From Acidimicrobiia bacterium (lineage in GTDB: Bacteria; Actinomycetota; Acidimicrobiia; Spongiisociales; Spongiisociaceae): a stretch of DNA of 11,449 bases. The stretch's first letter is position 1. The number at the start of each line of letters is the position of its first letter. The notes under the pieces were generated by a model. The model searched no databases. It had not been told where the DNA came from and was given only the letters and a program-made list of their open reading frames with translations. Shown piece after piece: positions 1 to 7,210 of this stretch. The position numbers and the translations under genes are program-made. The stretch spans positions 1-11,449 of the forward strand of contig JBFGLM010000091.1 of NCBI GenBank assembly GCA_041576165.1, read 5' to 3'.

Positions 1-45
1 GCGGACGCGTCCCAAGCCGCTGTGGCCACTCCCTTCGACGTCTGA
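1..45 (+). CDS. Possible 3' end of a gene entering from the left (ADASQAAVATPFDV*)
   Basis: Frame 1 is open from base 1 to TGA at 43-45 with mostly G/C-ending codons and converges on the 77..271 gene. Too short to identify. Confidence 0.3.
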   Translation, partial: ADASQAAVATPFDV

Positions 46-76
46 GGCACTGGGCTCCAGGTCCGCCCCGGGGGCG

Positions 77-271
77 TCAGTCCGAGCGCCCCGTCCACAA
101 CGTCGAAGCCAGCACCGCGATGCCGATGCCGATGATCGCCAGGGGACCCAGCAGAGCGAGATCGTTGAGCCGCAGGGTCCAAACCCCGACCGCTTCCAGC
201 GCAAAAACAAGCCCGAGCAAAACGAACACGACGCCTGCGGTGAAAGTCCCAGGATGGAATCGTTCGGTCAT
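77..271 (-). CDS. Small two-TM membrane protein of the Psp/Lia-type operon (LiaI/LiaF-TM, DUF5668-like)
   Basis: 64 aa with two hydrophobic helices (AGVVFVLLGLVFAL; LLGPLAIIGIGIAVLA). Its ATG overlaps the upstream stop (ATGA, 271-268). Confidence 0.8.
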   Translation of the reverse strand: MTERFHPGTFTAGVVFVLLGLVFALEAVGVWTLRLNDLALLGPLAIIGIGIAVLASTLWTGRSD

Positions 272-903
272 CGTGTCACCTCGACTTTTCCGGCTGCGAC
301 TTCGACATCCAGGCGCAGCGCGTCGGGCTGGGTCGCATAATCGGTCGACACATACCTCTCATGCACGTCGAGCCCCGACCACTGCTGGCCGAAGAGTATG
401 ACTTCACCCGCGCCCACTTGCGCATCGATGGAGACCGCCATGCCGGCGGGGACCACGATCCGCGTTTCGCCGGCGCCGACTCGGACGGCAACCTCCCGCC
501 GTCCAATGTTCTCCAGGGCGGTGAAGTCCAGATCGAGCTGTCCCAGACCGAGGTGGTACTCCGCCTCGAGGTCGACCGCCGCGACCGGTGCATAGGCTCT
601 TTCCCCCACGCCACCGGCGAACGATCCCGACGGCGCGACTGCGGCCAACCCGGTGATGATGGCGATCACGACTCCGAACACCACCAACCCGGCGTGCTCA
701 CCGTCCCAGGCTCCAGCAATCAGCGCCACACCGATGGCGGCGAGCAGCACGGGCAGGAACAGCGTCGCGTCCAGGTCAATGATGTCCAACCGCTGGAGCA
801 ACCAACCGACGCCCAAGCCCATGAGCAGGATTCCGAGGACCGCCGTCCCCGGCGACCGGTGCCCAGCGGCCGACGTCTCGCTGGGGAATTCTGTCATTGT
901 CAT
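268..903 (-). CDS. LiaF-like / DUF2154 cell-envelope stress membrane protein (N-terminal TM helices plus C-terminal beta-rich 'toast-rack' domain)
   Basis: About three TM helices (GILLMGLGVGWLL; LFLPVLLAAIGVALI; LVVFGVVIAIITGLAA), then repeats such as LGLGQLDLDF, VGAGETRIVVP, VGAGEVILFG and VAAGKVEV. Start moved to ATG 903 because GGAGGT lies 7 nt upstream and ATGA overlaps the pspC stop. Confidence 0.8.
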   Translation of the reverse strand: MTMTEFPSETSAAGHRSPGTAVLGILLMGLGVGWLLQRLDIIDLDATLFLPVLLAAIGVALIAGAWDGEHAGLVVFGVVIAIITGLAAVAPSGSFAGGVGERAYAPVAAVDLEAEYHLGLGQLDLDFTALENIGRREVAVRVGAGETRIVVPAGMAVSIDAQVGAGEVILFGQQWSGLDVHERYVSTDYATQPDALRLDVEVAAGKVEVTR

Positions 904-1295
904 ATCCGCCACCTCCGGAGAACCAGCACGCCTCCCACGACGATGAGAACAATGGGCCAGGTCAGATCCGTGAGTTCGGGGACATACCGCCTGATCAGGG
1001 CGATCATGCCGATGAGGACCAAGGCGGACCCGACAATGATCCCTGCGCCGCTGGGTGACGGCTCACGAGGGACGATCGGCGTTTCGTCATCTTCTTCCGG
1101 TATTGCTATCCATGCGATCACGTACAGCAAGACCCCACTGCCGCCGCCCAGCGCAAGGGCAACGAATGCGATACGAAGCCAGACAGGATCGACCCCGAGA
1201 TAGGCTCCCAGCCCACCACAAACCCCACCGATCACTTTGTCGGTGCGGCTGCGCCGCAGGCGTGGCAACTGGCCTACTGATGTTGCAGCACCCAT
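900..1295 (-). CDS. pspC: PspC domain-containing membrane protein
   Basis: Canonical PspC motif RLRRSRTDKVIGGVCGGLGAYLGVDPVWLRIAFV...LLYVIAWIAIPEE, followed by two extra TM helices. Start moved to ATG 1295, which follows the RBS GAAAGGAG. Confidence 0.92.
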   Translation of the reverse strand: MGAATSVGQLPRLRRSRTDKVIGGVCGGLGAYLGVDPVWLRIAFVALALGGGSGVLLYVIAWIAIPEEDDETPIVPREPSPSGAGIIVGSALVLIGMIALIRRYVPELTDLTWPIVLIVVGGVLVLRRWRI

Positions 1296-1323
1296 GCAGC
1301 ACTCCTTTCGCTGTATCACCCGA

Positions 1324-1369
1324 AGCGTATGCCCGCGTGCGGGTGCCGGAGAAGGGTCGCTGGTCCCTT
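1324..1369 (-). promoter_or_regulatory. Putative pspC-operon promoter: -10 TACGCT plus palindromic DosR/NarL-like activator box
   Basis: Minus-strand TACGCT at 1329-1324 fits TAnnnT. AAGGGACCAGCGACCCTT (1369-1352) fits GGGAC-N4-GnCCC and is centred about 43 nt upstream of the inferred start site. Confidence 0.55.
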
Positions 1370-1404
1370 TTCACACTGGGCCCGACCGAGGAACGGCTCG
1401 TTCC

Positions 1405-2463
1405 TCAGACTTCCCGGTACAGGGCCGCTCCCCAGTGGGCCCCGGAACCAAAGGCTGTGAACGCGACGAGCGCGCCGGGCGGTAGCTGTGGACGTACTTC
1501 GTGGTACAGGATGGGAAGCGTCCCGGCGGTCGTGTTGGCGTACCGATCGATGTTGGACGGCACCTGCGCTTCGCTCAACCCCGCTTCTTTGCGGACACCT
1601 TCGATGATGCGGATGTTGGCCTGGTGGGCGATCACCGCATGGAGATCGGATGTGGTGAGGCCGCGGTCGCTCAGAACCGCGTTGACCGCCTCGGGCATCA
1701 GCTTGACTGCCCGCCGGAACAATTCCCGTCCGTTCATGGACGGAACATGCATTCCTGCGTCCAATTGCGCTTGGTCGACGAAAGGCTGGTTGATGAAGCC
1801 GAGGCCCTCAACCATGATCAGGTCGAATAGCTCGCCATCGGTGAAGAGCCGCGATCCGAGGTAGCCAGTGTCCGGTTCGGCGCCTCGCTGCATCACGACG
1901 GCTCCGGCCCCGTCGCCGAACAGCACCGCCCACCCCCGGCCCGCCGTCGCCCGCCTCCACTGGCTCTCCGTGGGCGGTCCCTCGGCTCGGCCGCGGAGTA
2001 TGTCCCACGAGTGGTCGTCGAATGGCATGTACCCGGCGTGCACCTCGGCGCCGACCACTACGACCGCTTCGGCCCGATCGGTCGAGATGAGCGAGTCCGC
2101 CAGGTCCATGCCGTAGAGGAATCCAGAACATTGCTGGCGGATGTCAAAGGCGGCGACGTTGCGGAGCCCGAGCCGTGCTTGGACGAGTGGCGCGTTGCCC
2201 GGCGCATAATGGTCGGGAGTCATCGTGGCAGCGACGACGGCGTCGACATCGGAAACGGTGAGGCCGGCGTCTGTGATGGCGGCGGCCGCAGCCTCAGTGC
2301 CAAGTTGAACCGATCCGACCCCGGGCTCGGCAAAATGCCGCGTCCCCACGCCCGTACGCCGGCGGATCCACTCGTCGGACGTGTCCATGACCTTCGCCAG
2401 GTCATCGTTGGTGATGACGCTGGGCGGTATAGATATTCCCGTCCCGGTGATGATGGTGCCCAT
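1405..2463 (-). CDS. fabH: Beta-ketoacyl-ACP synthase III (FabH/KAS III family)
   Basis: DTSDEWIRRRTG, catalytic Cys in QQCSGF, LFGDGAGA, MNGRELF, His in HQAN, Asn in YANT and AFGSG are all present. Start moved to ATG 2463, which follows GGAAGGG. Confidence 0.9.
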   Translation of the reverse strand: MGTIITGTGISIPPSVITNDDLAKVMDTSDEWIRRRTGVGTRHFAEPGVGSVQLGTEAAAAAITDAGLTVSDVDAVVAATMTPDHYAPGNAPLVQARLGLRNVAAFDIRQQCSGFLYGMDLADSLISTDRAEAVVVVGAEVHAGYMPFDDHSWDILRGRAEGPPTESQWRRATAGRGWAVLFGDGAGAVVMQRGAEPDTGYLGSRLFTDGELFDLIMVEGLGFINQPFVDQAQLDAGMHVPSMNGRELFRRAVKLMPEAVNAVLSDRGLTTSDLHAVIAHQANIRIIEGVRKEAGLSEAQVPSNIDRYANTTAGTLPILYHEVRPQLPPGALVAFTAFGSGAHWGAALYREV

Positions 2464-2700
2464 GTGATCCCTTCCGGGCTGAGAGGACTGGATGCTCAAA
2501 TTTCTATGCAGCCAAACCTCCATCCGGAATCCGGCCCCGGCCGGTCCGGGTTACCCTGAGGCCGTCCGGCGGAGGGTAGCCTCCTGCGGGCGAGGCCGGC
2601 TGCGACCGCGCCGGCGCATGGCACCCGGTCGGCCCGACCGGCCGCTGCCAGAGGGGTACCGACGCCCGGTCGTCAACCAAGTGAAACTGGAGGAACAGTC

Positions 2701-4095
2701 GTGGAATACCGAATCGAACGGGACTCGATGGGCGAGGTCAAGGTGCCGGCCAACGCGCTGTACGGAGCCTCTACTCAGCGCGCCGTAGACAACTTCCCGA
2801 TCTCGGAGCTGCGGTTCGGGCGGCGTTTCATCTGGGCGCTCGGCCTGATCAAAGGGAGGGCGGCAATGGTGGCCGGTGACGAGGGTTACGTCGATCCTGA
2901 TCTGGCCAAAGCGGTTGTGACGGCCGCCGATGAGGTCATGGCTGGGGCGCTGGACGACCACTTCGTCCTCGATATCTTCCAGACCGGTTCGGGTACATCC
3001 ACCAACACCAACGCCAACGAGGTCATTGCCAACCGCGCAACCCAGCTGCTTGGGGGCGAGCCGGGGGGAACACGCCTGGTCCACCCGAATGACCATGTGA
3101 ACTTCGGCCAGTCATCGAACGATGTGATCCCTACAGCGATTCACGCATCGGCGGCCGCCGCCATCACGGAGGACCTGCTGCCGCAACTAGAGCGGCTGGC
3201 CGCGGCACTCGATGCCAAGGCGGCAGAATTCGCTGGCGTCGTCAAGTCGGGGCGGACCCACCTCATGGATGCCACGCCCGTAACGCTTGGTCAGGAGTTC
3301 TCGGGTTATGCCACCCAGATCTACAAGGGGGTCGAGCGCGTGAAGAATGTGCTCCCCGAGTTGCTCGAATTGCCGCTCGGCGGGACCGCGGTCGGGACCG
3401 GACTGAATGCCCCGGATGGATTTGCAGCGTCGGTGATAGCGGCGATGGCCGACACGTCGGGTCTGGCCTTCCGCGAGGCAGACAATCATTTCGAGGCACA
3501 GGCCGGCAAAGATGCGGCGGTCAACGCCTCGGGTGCTCTCAAGACCGTGGCAGCCTCGATGTTCAAGATCGTGAATGATCTGCGCTGGCTGGCGTCGGGG
3601 CCGCGGACCGGGCTGGCCGAGATCCAGCTGCCTTCACTCCAGCCCGGTTCGTCGATCATGCCGGGCAAAGTGAACCCGGTCATGCCCGAAATGGCCATGC
3701 AGGTGGCTGCGCAAGTCATCGGTAATGACGCTGCGATCACGTGGGGCGGGGCGAACGGGAATTTCGAGCTCAACGTGATGATGCCGCTGATTGCGCACAA
3801 CTTGCTCGAATCGATTGAGCTGCTCGCCAACGCGGCCGATAACCTTCGGGAGCGCTGCGTTGAGGGCATCGTCGCCAATGCGGATCGTGCCCGCGAATTG
3901 GTCGAAGCGAACATCATCGTGGTCACAGCGTTGAACCCTCACATCGGCTACGACAAAGGTGCTGAAGTGGCGAAGGAAGCGTTCGCGTCCGGGCGCAACG
4001 TGCGTGATGTGGTCCTAGAAAAGGGGCTCATGACCGAGGAAGACCTTGATACAGTGCTCGACCTCAAGAAGATGACCGAAGGGGGCGTGCTCTGA
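2701..4095 (+). CDS. fumC: Class II fumarate hydratase
   Basis: [55 protein letters not shown] and the signature [14 protein letters not shown] start with GGAGG at 2689-2693. Confidence 0.96.
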   Translation: MEYRIERDSMGEVKVPANALYGASTQRAVDNFPISELRFGRRFIWALGLIKGRAAMVAGDEGYVDPDLAKAVVTAADEVMAGALDDHFVLDIFQTGSGTSTNTNANEVIANRATQLLGGEPGGTRLVHPNDHVNFGQSSNDVIPTAIHASAAAAITEDLLPQLERLAAALDAKAAEFAGVVKSGRTHLMDATPVTLGQEFSGYATQIYKGVERVKNVLPELLELPLGGTAVGTGLNAPDGFAASVIAAMADTSGLAFREADNHFEAQAGKDAAVNASGALKTVAASMFKIVNDLRWLASGPRTGLAEIQLPSLQPGSSIMPGKVNPVMPEMAMQVAAQVIGNDAAITWGGANGNFELNVMMPLIAHNLLESIELLANAADNLRERCVEGIVANADRARELVEANIIVVTALNPHIGYDKGAEVAKEAFASGRNVRDVVLEKGLMTEEDLDTVLDLKKMTEGGVL

Positions 4096-4153
4096 CGCCG
4101 GTCGAGCACCCGAACCCATCTCGCAACAGCCTCCGAGTCCATGGAGGGGATGC

Positions 4154-4483
4154 ATGAACACTCATTTACTCACTGACATTGGCAATGCTGGAGCCGGCCT
4201 GAGCTGGCGCGACCTGGCGGCCTGCACAGAATTCGACTCCGATCTCTTCTTCCCGGCGGGCGACACCGGTCCCGCTCTTCGCCAAATCGAGCAGGCCAGG
4301 CAGATTTGTGACACCTGCGCCGTCAAAGCCGACTGCCTGATCTACGCCATCGAAGCCAATCAGGTCAATGGAGTGTGGGGAGGCACTACCGAACAGGAGC
4401 GGCGGCTGCTACGGCGCCGGTGGATGTCGGCCCGGCGCCGCAACGACGCCGCGGCAATGGAGCGGGTCCTCGGCTCTGCCTGA
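4154..4483 (+). CDS. whiB: WhiB-family Fe-S transcription factor, WhiB1-like
   Basis: Four Cys (AAC...CDTC...DC), GVWGG turn, the WhiB1-type LFFPxGxxGPALxQI segment and a basic C-terminal helix. RBS GGAGGGG upstream. Confidence 0.93.
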   Translation: MNTHLLTDIGNAGAGLSWRDLAACTEFDSDLFFPAGDTGPALRQIEQARQICDTCAVKADCLIYAIEANQVNGVWGGTTEQERRLLRRRWMSARRRNDAAAMERVLGSA

Positions 4484-4502
4484 CTAGGCCGCGCCCCATG
4501 GC

Positions 4503-5279
4503 TCAGCCGGCGACCGCTATCGTTCCGACCATCCCGGCTTCTGTGTGACCCGGAATCCGGCAGACGATCTCATAGGTGCCCGGTGGCGCATCAAAGGTCA
4601 CGGTCCGCTCACCACCGGCCGGAACCGGCAGATCAACTCCCAGGTCAGGCACCGTGAACGTATGCCAGAAAAGATCATCATTGGTGACCGCCACCGTCAC
4701 TTCACCGGCGCTTGCCGTGAGGTCGGGTGGCGAGAAGGCAAGGTTGTCGGTCACCACCGCTGCGTCGACGGTAGGCGGCACAGCAGCATCGGTGGCGGCG
4801 CCGGCTGCGAGGGCCACGGTGAGGGCCGCGAGCGCCGCGACCACAGTGACTGACGGGCCGTTCGGGCCGCGGTCGGCCTTTCCGACGAGCACAGCCAGCC
4901 CGGCAGAGAGCGTCACCAAACTCAGTGCAGCCAGTCCGGCGGAAATGGCAACCGACCGCAGCGTCGACCCGCTGGATACGTTGACGATCGCTGCAGTGCC
5001 CATGAAGAACAGAGCGACGGCCGAGAGCAGCGCCAGCCCGGCCGCCCCGACACCGCCCCACCGGGTTGGCAGCAGGAATGCTGTCGCGAAGAATCCAGCC
5101 GCGACCACGGCCGCTTCGATGTCGCTCATCGCAGCCGCGGCAAGTGTGAAAGCAACGGCCGTCACAGAGCCGCTGATGGACAAGAGCCGGCGCCAGGTGA
5201 ATTGCGGGGTGCCGCCCTCGTCGAGGCGCGGCGTTTTCGCGGCGTCGGTTCGGGGAGCCGTGGTCGGGTCATGCATCAC
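4503..5279 (-). CDS. Multi-pass membrane protein with C-terminal cupredoxin (type-1 copper) domain
   Basis: About five hydrophobic helices, then NLAFSP...VTNDD..WHTF...YEIVCRIPGHTEAGM, which supplies His/Cys/His/Met ligands. Strong RBS GGAAGGAGG; the start is either GTG 5279 or ATG 5276. Confidence 0.85.
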   Translation of the reverse strand: MMHDPTTAPRTDAAKTPRLDEGGTPQFTWRRLLSISGSVTAVAFTLAAAAMSDIEAAVVAAGFFATAFLLPTRWGGVGAAGLALLSAVALFFMGTAAIVNVSSGSTLRSVAISAGLAALSLVTLSAGLAVLVGKADRGPNGPSVTVVAALAALTVALAAGAATDAAVPPTVDAAVVTDNLAFSPPDLTASAGEVTVAVTNDDLFWHTFTVPDLGVDLPVPAGGERTVTFDAPPGTYEIVCRIPGHTEAGMVGTIAVAG

Positions 5280-5302
5280 GCGAACCTCCTTCCGGTCCAG
5301 GT

Positions 5303-5331
5303 GTAGTCCTCAATCGTTCCGGGTGCGTTAC
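5303..5331 (-). promoter_or_regulatory. Possible ECF-sigma promoter for the cupredoxin gene
   Basis: Minus strand GTAAC (5331-5327), 17 nt spacer, GGACTAC (5309-5303), ending just upstream of the RBS. The AAC -35 core is typical of ECF promoters. Confidence 0.35.
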
Positions 5332-5387
5332 GAAACGAAAGGAGGCTGGGGACCGTCCGGGGCCGAGCAGCGGCGGAGGGGGTCGGC

Positions 5388-5849
5388 TCAGGCCGGCGTT
5401 TCGGCCCTTTGACGAATCGCCTCCTCGAGCGTCGTCCAGGCCAAGTTGGCGCATTTGATCCGAACCGGGAACCGCCGGACGCCCTGCAGCGCTTCCAGGT
5501 CGCCGAGCACCGCCCCCGGTCGATCCGGATCGATTCCGGCGTCGCCCCCGGTGTCGATGTCCATCATTGTTTTGAACTTGGCCGTCAGCTCGGCTACCTC
5601 ATCCAGCGTACGGCCCTTGATCGCATCGGTCATCATCGATGCGGAGGCCTGCGAGATGGAACAGCCCTGGCCGACGACGCCGATATCGATGATGGCGCCA
5701 TCGTCGACGATCAGCTCGACATGGACTTCGTCACCGCAGAGGGGGTTGTTGCCATCGGCCTGCGCATTGGCACCGGCAACGGCGCCGCGATTACGCGGGT
5801 TGCGGTAGTGGTCGAGAATGACCTCGCGGTAGAGCTCTTCGAGCGACAT
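5388..5849 (-). CDS. sufU: SUF-system sulfur-transfer / NifU-like protein SufU
   Basis: LYREVILDHYRNPRN, NPLCGD, GCSISQASASMM and FPVRIKCA. It has the SufU-type insertion before the last Cys and lacks the IscU LPPVK motif. Start moved to ATG 5849 (MSLEELY). Confidence 0.92.
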   Translation of the reverse strand: MSLEELYREVILDHYRNPRNRGAVAGANAQADGNNPLCGDEVHVELIVDDGAIIDIGVVGQGCSISQASASMMTDAIKGRTLDEVAELTAKFKTMMDIDTGGDAGIDPDRPGAVLGDLEALQGVRRFPVRIKCANLAWTTLEEAIRQRAETPA

Positions 5850-5921
5850 CGGTACTCTCAACCATAGACGCTCTGAGTTGTATTCCGGCACCGGCCGGCC
5901 CGGTTGGGGCGTGGGCGCATG

Positions 5922-6995
5922 TCAGGGCTGCACAACCGCGCTGTCCACATAGATGGTGCGCTCGAGATGATTGAGGCCGTGAACGATCCCGTCCAGCGTG
6001 ACATGCTGGCCGACCTCGACGCCCTCCCCTGCGTTGGCGTCGCTCACGACCGTCACCGCCGAGCGCCCGAACAATGGGTCGTCGATCTCTGCCACCTTGA
6101 GGATTGTCTCGCCTGGGCGGGCCCGGAGGATGTATCCACCCCAATTGATCGGCATCCCGAGATATCGAGAACGGAACAGACGTTCGGCCTGGGGGCTCGT
6201 GGCTCCGCTGGCAAAGAGTTCGTCTGCCATCCTCCGCGCGTCTGACTGCGCGGACCCCCCCCGATGCGGGATGGCAGTTGCGTACGGGACTCGATCTTCG
6301 GGCGTGTGCTGCCTCCGCCTAGTTGGGCGATGGAGCCCGCGCTTGGCCGGGCCCGGGAGCTCGGCCGTGTCGTCCGATTCCGGGGTGGGTTTTGCCGGCG
6401 GAGTCCTCGGCGTGCGGCGCGGGTGCATCGCCTGCGCGGCGGTGATGGCGTCGACCAGGCCTCGAGAGAGACGATTGGCGCTGCGGGTGTTGCCCATGAG
6501 TTGCAACCGGATCTCCGAGTCCGTTATCCGCGTGCTCGGATACGTCTCCAGCAGGTAGCTGACGGCCTCGACGCGCTCGCGGGTGAGGAACGCAGCCAGC
6601 GGACCGGGCTCGCCGTCGATCTTGGCCAGCTTGTCGAACGCCGTGTCGCCGATCTCGACGTCATCGCCCGTGAGTGACTCATACAACTCGCCCGGCAGGC
6701 GCGATTTCGCGCCGCTGCCGATTTCGGTTGCTTTGGTGATGCGGAATATCGTCGGGCCCGGAGGGAACTCGACCATGACCTGGGTGTAGGTCGCCTTGTT
6801 CTGGTGGATGAGGCGGGCGTCAACGAAGATGTCGTCGATATAGCCGCTGATGCGGGGAGACGAAAAGACCCCCGCGTTCGAGAACCGCAGGCCAAAGTCC
6901 GACGCCACCCCCCGCCAGACGGTACCCCTCTGTATTCGCGAGACGACGCCTACTGCGATGGCGGCCACAAACGCGATCGCAAAGAAGGTCTCCAC
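5922..6995 (-). CDS. Hypothetical membrane-anchored protein (N-terminal TM, globular domain, Pro/Arg-rich linker, possible C-terminal OB-fold)
   Basis: 357-aa ORF that fills the gap with protein-like composition. N-terminal helix FFAIAFVAAIAVGVV. An in-frame TAG four codons upstream means it cannot start earlier than GTG 6995. Confidence 0.75.
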   Translation of the reverse strand: METFFAIAFVAAIAVGVVSRIQRGTVWRGVASDFGLRFSNAGVFSSPRISGYIDDIFVDARLIHQNKATYTQVMVEFPPGPTIFRITKATEIGSGAKSRLPGELYESLTGDDVEIGDTAFDKLAKIDGEPGPLAAFLTRERVEAVSYLLETYPSTRITDSEIRLQLMGNTRSANRLSRGLVDAITAAQAMHPRRTPRTPPAKPTPESDDTAELPGPAKRGLHRPTRRRQHTPEDRVPYATAIPHRGGSAQSDARRMADELFASGATSPQAERLFRSRYLGMPINWGGYILRARPGETILKVAEIDDPLFGRSAVTVVSDANAGEGVEVGQHVTLDGIVHGLNHLERTIYVDSAVVQP

Positions 6996-7001
6996 AAACG
7001 A

Positions 7002-7007
7002 AGTCTA
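7002..7007 (-). promoter_or_regulatory. Putative -10 element TAGACT for a leaderless transcript
   Basis: TAGACT lies 6 nt upstream of GTG 6995, the usual geometry for actinobacterial leaderless mRNAs. Confidence 0.5.
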
Positions 7008-7173
7008 TGACCTCCATCCCTCGATGTCACAGGACCCAGCGAGGGCGGGTGGGTGCAATGCGAGCAACCACGCACAGCGGGCGATCTCCCGGAACATCCG
7101 GCTAGGGCGGCCCCTGAGGGTACGCCACCGCCTAAGGCACGCCATGATTCCGACGCTCGGTGAGGTTCGGGTA

Positions 7174-7179
7174 TACGAT
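7174..7179 (+). promoter_or_regulatory. Putative -10 element TACGAT for the DMGO-mttB operon
   Basis: TAnnnT hexamer about 30 nt upstream of GTG 7211 and upstream of the RBS GGGAG (7200-7204). Confidence 0.4.
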
Positions 7180-7210
7180 GCCGGGTGCGCCTGACGCTTG
7201 GGAGTGCACA

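Noticed and set aside
361-1864. Long plus-strand ORFs (361..1203, 1055..1864) opposite the psp and fabH genes
   Set aside because: They have shadow-frame composition rich in Arg, His, Asp and Pro, and they overlap genes with clear family motifs.
2701-4095. Aspartate ammonia-lyase (aspA) as an alternative call
   Set aside because: The QTGSGT and GRTHLMDA motifs fit FumC, whereas AspA typically has QGGAGT and GRTQLQDA.
4576-5412. 278-aa Ala/Ser/Thr-rich plus-strand ORF
   Set aside because: It is the antisense reading of the cupredoxin gene and has no independent support.
6996-7210. Glycine, cobalamin or THF riboswitch upstream of the GcvT-family and mttB genes
   Set aside because: I found no GGAGA/CCGAAG/CTCTCAGG glycine core and no B12 box, and the -10 candidate implies a leader of only about 25 nt.
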